A stretch of DNA of 64,000 nucleotides. Source: Takakia lepidozioides (lineage: Eukaryota > Plantae > Bryophyta). The stretch lies in assembly GCA_030704615.1 (NCBI GenBank), contig CM060734.1, positions 46,686,001-46,750,000 on the forward strand. The letters run 5' to 3'. The notes beneath the pieces were generated by a model. The model had not been told where the DNA came from. It was given only the letters and a program-made list of their open reading frames with translations, and did no database searches. Made by a program: the position numbers and the translations under genes. Shown here piece by piece: positions 61,050-64,000 of the stretch; position 1 is the first letter of the stretch, and each line of letters begins with the position of its first letter.

Positions 61050-61879
61050 TGGCAAGTTCGTAAACCCCCACTTTTTTTACTATGTGCTTGCAGGTCACAT
61101 GGGCAGAGCCATGCATGGGGTAGAGCCATTCAGTTGGCTACAGGTTCAATTCCTCCGCACATGACAGTATGTGGCCCTATTTATGATGGCTTTGACTTAC
61201 TCATAGAGAGGGCTCGTTCCACGGTTACTCTATTTTTTGGCTTGTTTAAAAACCCTCACTGTGACAGGGATGAGGCTTCTATCATTGCTCAATTTAGAGG
61301 CGATGTGATGGTGGAGGAGAATGTTCATGAATCACAAGAAGGTATGTGGCACCTCGGAACCCATGAATTCAGAATCATGGAGATTCCAGATTCATATATA
61401 GCCAAAGTTGATCTTTTGCTTTGTGATTTCTCTCTGTTTCTCATGTTTGTGAGATTCGGTGCTTCATCCCTCTGCATGTACCACCCCGCTTTGTCATGAT
61501 TGCGAGTTGGAATTGTAGAGATGACCTTTCTTTGAAAAACATACATACTTTGTATGGGGGGCTTGAGGTGAGCAATCCAAAGACCATTATGTGTTACAGA
61601 CACCAATTACCAGTCCACATTATGGGTGTGTACTTTGCATGGATTTGCAACCCCCCACATTATTTGGTCCTTCCGAAAATAAAACTCTTTCTTGCTAGAG
61701 CTGGAAGCTCATGGGCGCTATGCCTTCAACCATCCAGATGTGCTGTTATTTGTTCTGAATGTGGACATCACCACATGTGCACTTGTAATTTTACCGCCCA
61801 TTACCAAGTTGTTGCACCACACATGAAACAAAAGTATTACAGATTCATAAGCAGTATGGTTGAAAGGTCTGAGAAGTAG
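61050..61879 (+). pseudogene. Unknown accessory ORF of CACTA-2 (copy 1)
   Basis: ORFs 60822-61499 and 61496-61879 overlap at an apparent frameshift; weak positional similarity to 31830-32600 and 63018-63960. Confidence 0.5.
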
Positions 61880-63017
61880 ATAACAAGAGGCAAGCTGAAC
61901 GTCGTACAGGGGACACTTAGTTTTTGACAAGAGAGGCCAGTTAAGTACATAAACTTGAGGCAAAACCCAAAAGGATAATGTACGCAGGCTGAAATGTGGA
62001 TAGTCTTTGCATTGCTACTGCTTCACCCCCAAACCATCACACCGTCACAAGTACCAACGCTGAAAACTGAAGCAAAAACGTCATGCATGAGACGATTGCG
62101 GGAAGCTACAGTGCATGAATCTACATTGCGGTGTATGTCAATGACACTATGTATATCCTCGCTCACCTCAATCCATGATCACCATGACATCGTGCTCATC
62201 CGAGAGGGCATGGAAGGCCAGTCAATATGTACCACAAGGAGTAATCGTGGAGCAACGGGTACTTCTTGCCAACAGATCGGAGCCTCTTATTGCAATTTGC
62301 AAGACACCAAAAGTAGGCCACAGGCTCCTTCTTGTGTATGTTCCCATTTCTTGTGTTTTTTGTTAATTGTATGTTCCCATTTCACACAGGTGTGTAACAT
62401 GCCATGTAAACTAAGCCAACCCCTGCCACGCTCATGGCTGTTTTCACACCGTTCTTGCCTGGGGTGTGGACCACATGTGAGACACCCCACAGTTAGGGCA
62501 TATTTAGACCCACAGGCCTGTACCCTGGAGAGATTGGCTGTGGTTGACCCAGACTTGAGCTGCACTGCCTTCAAGAGAAGAGCCCGATGAACCTTGCAAA
62601 CCAGAAAGACTAGGATACATGCTAACATTACAAGCAAAGGAATCTTGATCCACCAAGAGATTATCTTCCTGGTCACAGGCTGTAGTTCCATCCGCCACTG
62701 GACCCGTCGCAGGACCCAAGTAGATCTCACCAGAGAGTGTCTCATCACGTAGCAAGGAAAAATCGCCATCATCACAGCCCGAATCCAACACCACCGGATT
62801 ATGGATTGCCTCTTCATGTACATCGTGTTCTAGACCCGCCACACTTACATCCGAGCCTTTACTAGATTCAAGCACATCCCTTTTGAAAGTGGGATCGGGC
62901 ATTAGTTTGTCACCCATCCTTCCTCTACCAGATCGTAACCAGGGCATACATCCTCCCTCTATCTTGAAATAAGACTTATGAATTTAGATCAAGAGAAGAG
63001 ATGAGAGAATCACTACC

Positions 63018-63960
63018 TGGTACCACAAACGCGATGTAGTTGGCAAGGTAGGTTCAAGAAGCATGGATGAGCAACTGTGGTCGTGGCTCCGCATGATCAG
63101 GAAACCAGACAGAACAGGAAACCACCTTCAAGACGTCGTGTAGTTGCTGCCCGTAGATTCCCAGTGCTAGTCACTCCCACGCCTCGGCAGTCTTGACCCA
63201 AAAGCTCACCCTCGTTGTCTCCCCTTCTAGCCAACTCCGTGATAGAATCGTAGTGACAGGGTAGTCGTCCAAATTGACAGAGGCTTGCAGGCGAACAACA
63301 CACTGGTGGTTGAACACTGTACCCAAGATAATAATGTCTGACGATTCAGCGACTAGGGCGTCACCCTGCAGCCCGTAAAAAATGTGAGAATATGTCGGCA
63401 CCACGTTACAGAGTCTAAGATGAAAGCGCAATGTTCTCAATACAAAAGCTCCAGTGCTTCTCAGCATCAACGGCAACCATTGGTCACCAACAACATCAGC
63501 AGGTTGATACAGAGCTGGTCCTTGAAGGGCAGAAAGAGGAAAATGAAGGCCAAGCTCAGGCCATGTCAATTGGCGATGACGGAGGAAACGAGCATTGATT
63601 TCAACAGTGGGCAGATGTGCAGAATTGCGCAAGCCTAATTCTTGCTAGGCCAGACGTTCTGCTTGTGTCTTTGCCGGCGTGCGTCCAGACAGGGAGTGAG
63701 CAAGCAGTGACTCGTGACGTTGCGTAAATTCTACCACATCTCGTTCAACAGCTTTCTCAATGCACGCATACAAGAATCGATCAGTATCACAGACCTCACA
63801 AAGCGAGTTGTCAAGTGCTTGGGACAACTTTATCTCCTTCTCAAGATCTGCCTCGGCCCTTCTAGCAGCAAAATATTCAGGTCCTGGGTCTACAAAATTG
63901 TCGAAGTTATAATAATCAGGATCGCAACTATCTAGCGAACTAGGCGACCGTGTAGGATTG
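63018..63960 (-). pseudogene. Unknown accessory ORF of CACTA-2 (putative paralog, convergent)
   Basis: ORFs 63645-63827 and 63171-63632 are in one frame, broken by single stops, continuing to ..NYIAFVVP|GT at ~63018. SHIFYGLQGDALVAE compares with SIIAQFRGDVMVEE in 61050-61499. Confidence 0.45.
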
Positions 63961-64000
63961 CCTCCGCTCTTACAAGATCATCATCATCATCGCTAGCACT

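Larger units (their letters stand above)
50884..64000. mobile_element. CACTA DNA transposon CACTA-2 (left end in window; right end beyond it)
   Basis: CACTAGAAGAAAAAACGGCTTTTTCC at 50884 interrupts Gypsy pol (predicted TSD AAT). Subterminal GGCTTTTT(C/T)CAC repeats; transposase and accessory genes homologous to CACTA-1. Confidence 0.9.

Overview
Eukaryotic, transposon-dense nuclear DNA, most likely from a non-seed land plant (inferred from PLS-class PPR fragments, CACTA elements, spliceosomal introns and a cupin family I associate with bacteria and algae). It holds one intact host gene: a 5-exon bicupin, 338 aa, at 8914-11696 on the minus strand. Most of the rest is nested mobile DNA. (1) A Ty3/Gypsy retrotransposon (19.0-24.4 kb, minus) has a pol reading protease - DNMT3-like C5 cytosine methyltransferase - [RT/RNase H deleted] - integrase - PHD finger. 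(2) Two copies of a second Gypsy family (5521-8224 and 31092 to beyond 50883) have an asymmetric, split LTR arrangement, B...A-B-A', around an internal TCACA-GA-TGTGA palindrome; the larger copy has a dUTPase-like domain before RT. (3) Two related large CACTA elements are inserted in the larger copy: CACTA-1 is complete at 31726-47407 with a GAG TSD, and CACTA-2 starts at 50884 and runs off the window. Both have divergent transposase and TnpA-like genes and a weakly shared unknown extra ORF; CACTA-1 also has an FCP1-like phosphatase exon and a 9-unit PPR-derived tandem array. (4) There are also a tRNA-derived SINE family with TSDs, a TA-TSD MITE, a possible TTAA/piggyBac-like element, scrambled LINE mosaics and several minisatellites. 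All alignments and family assignments were made by eye; no database searches were run.
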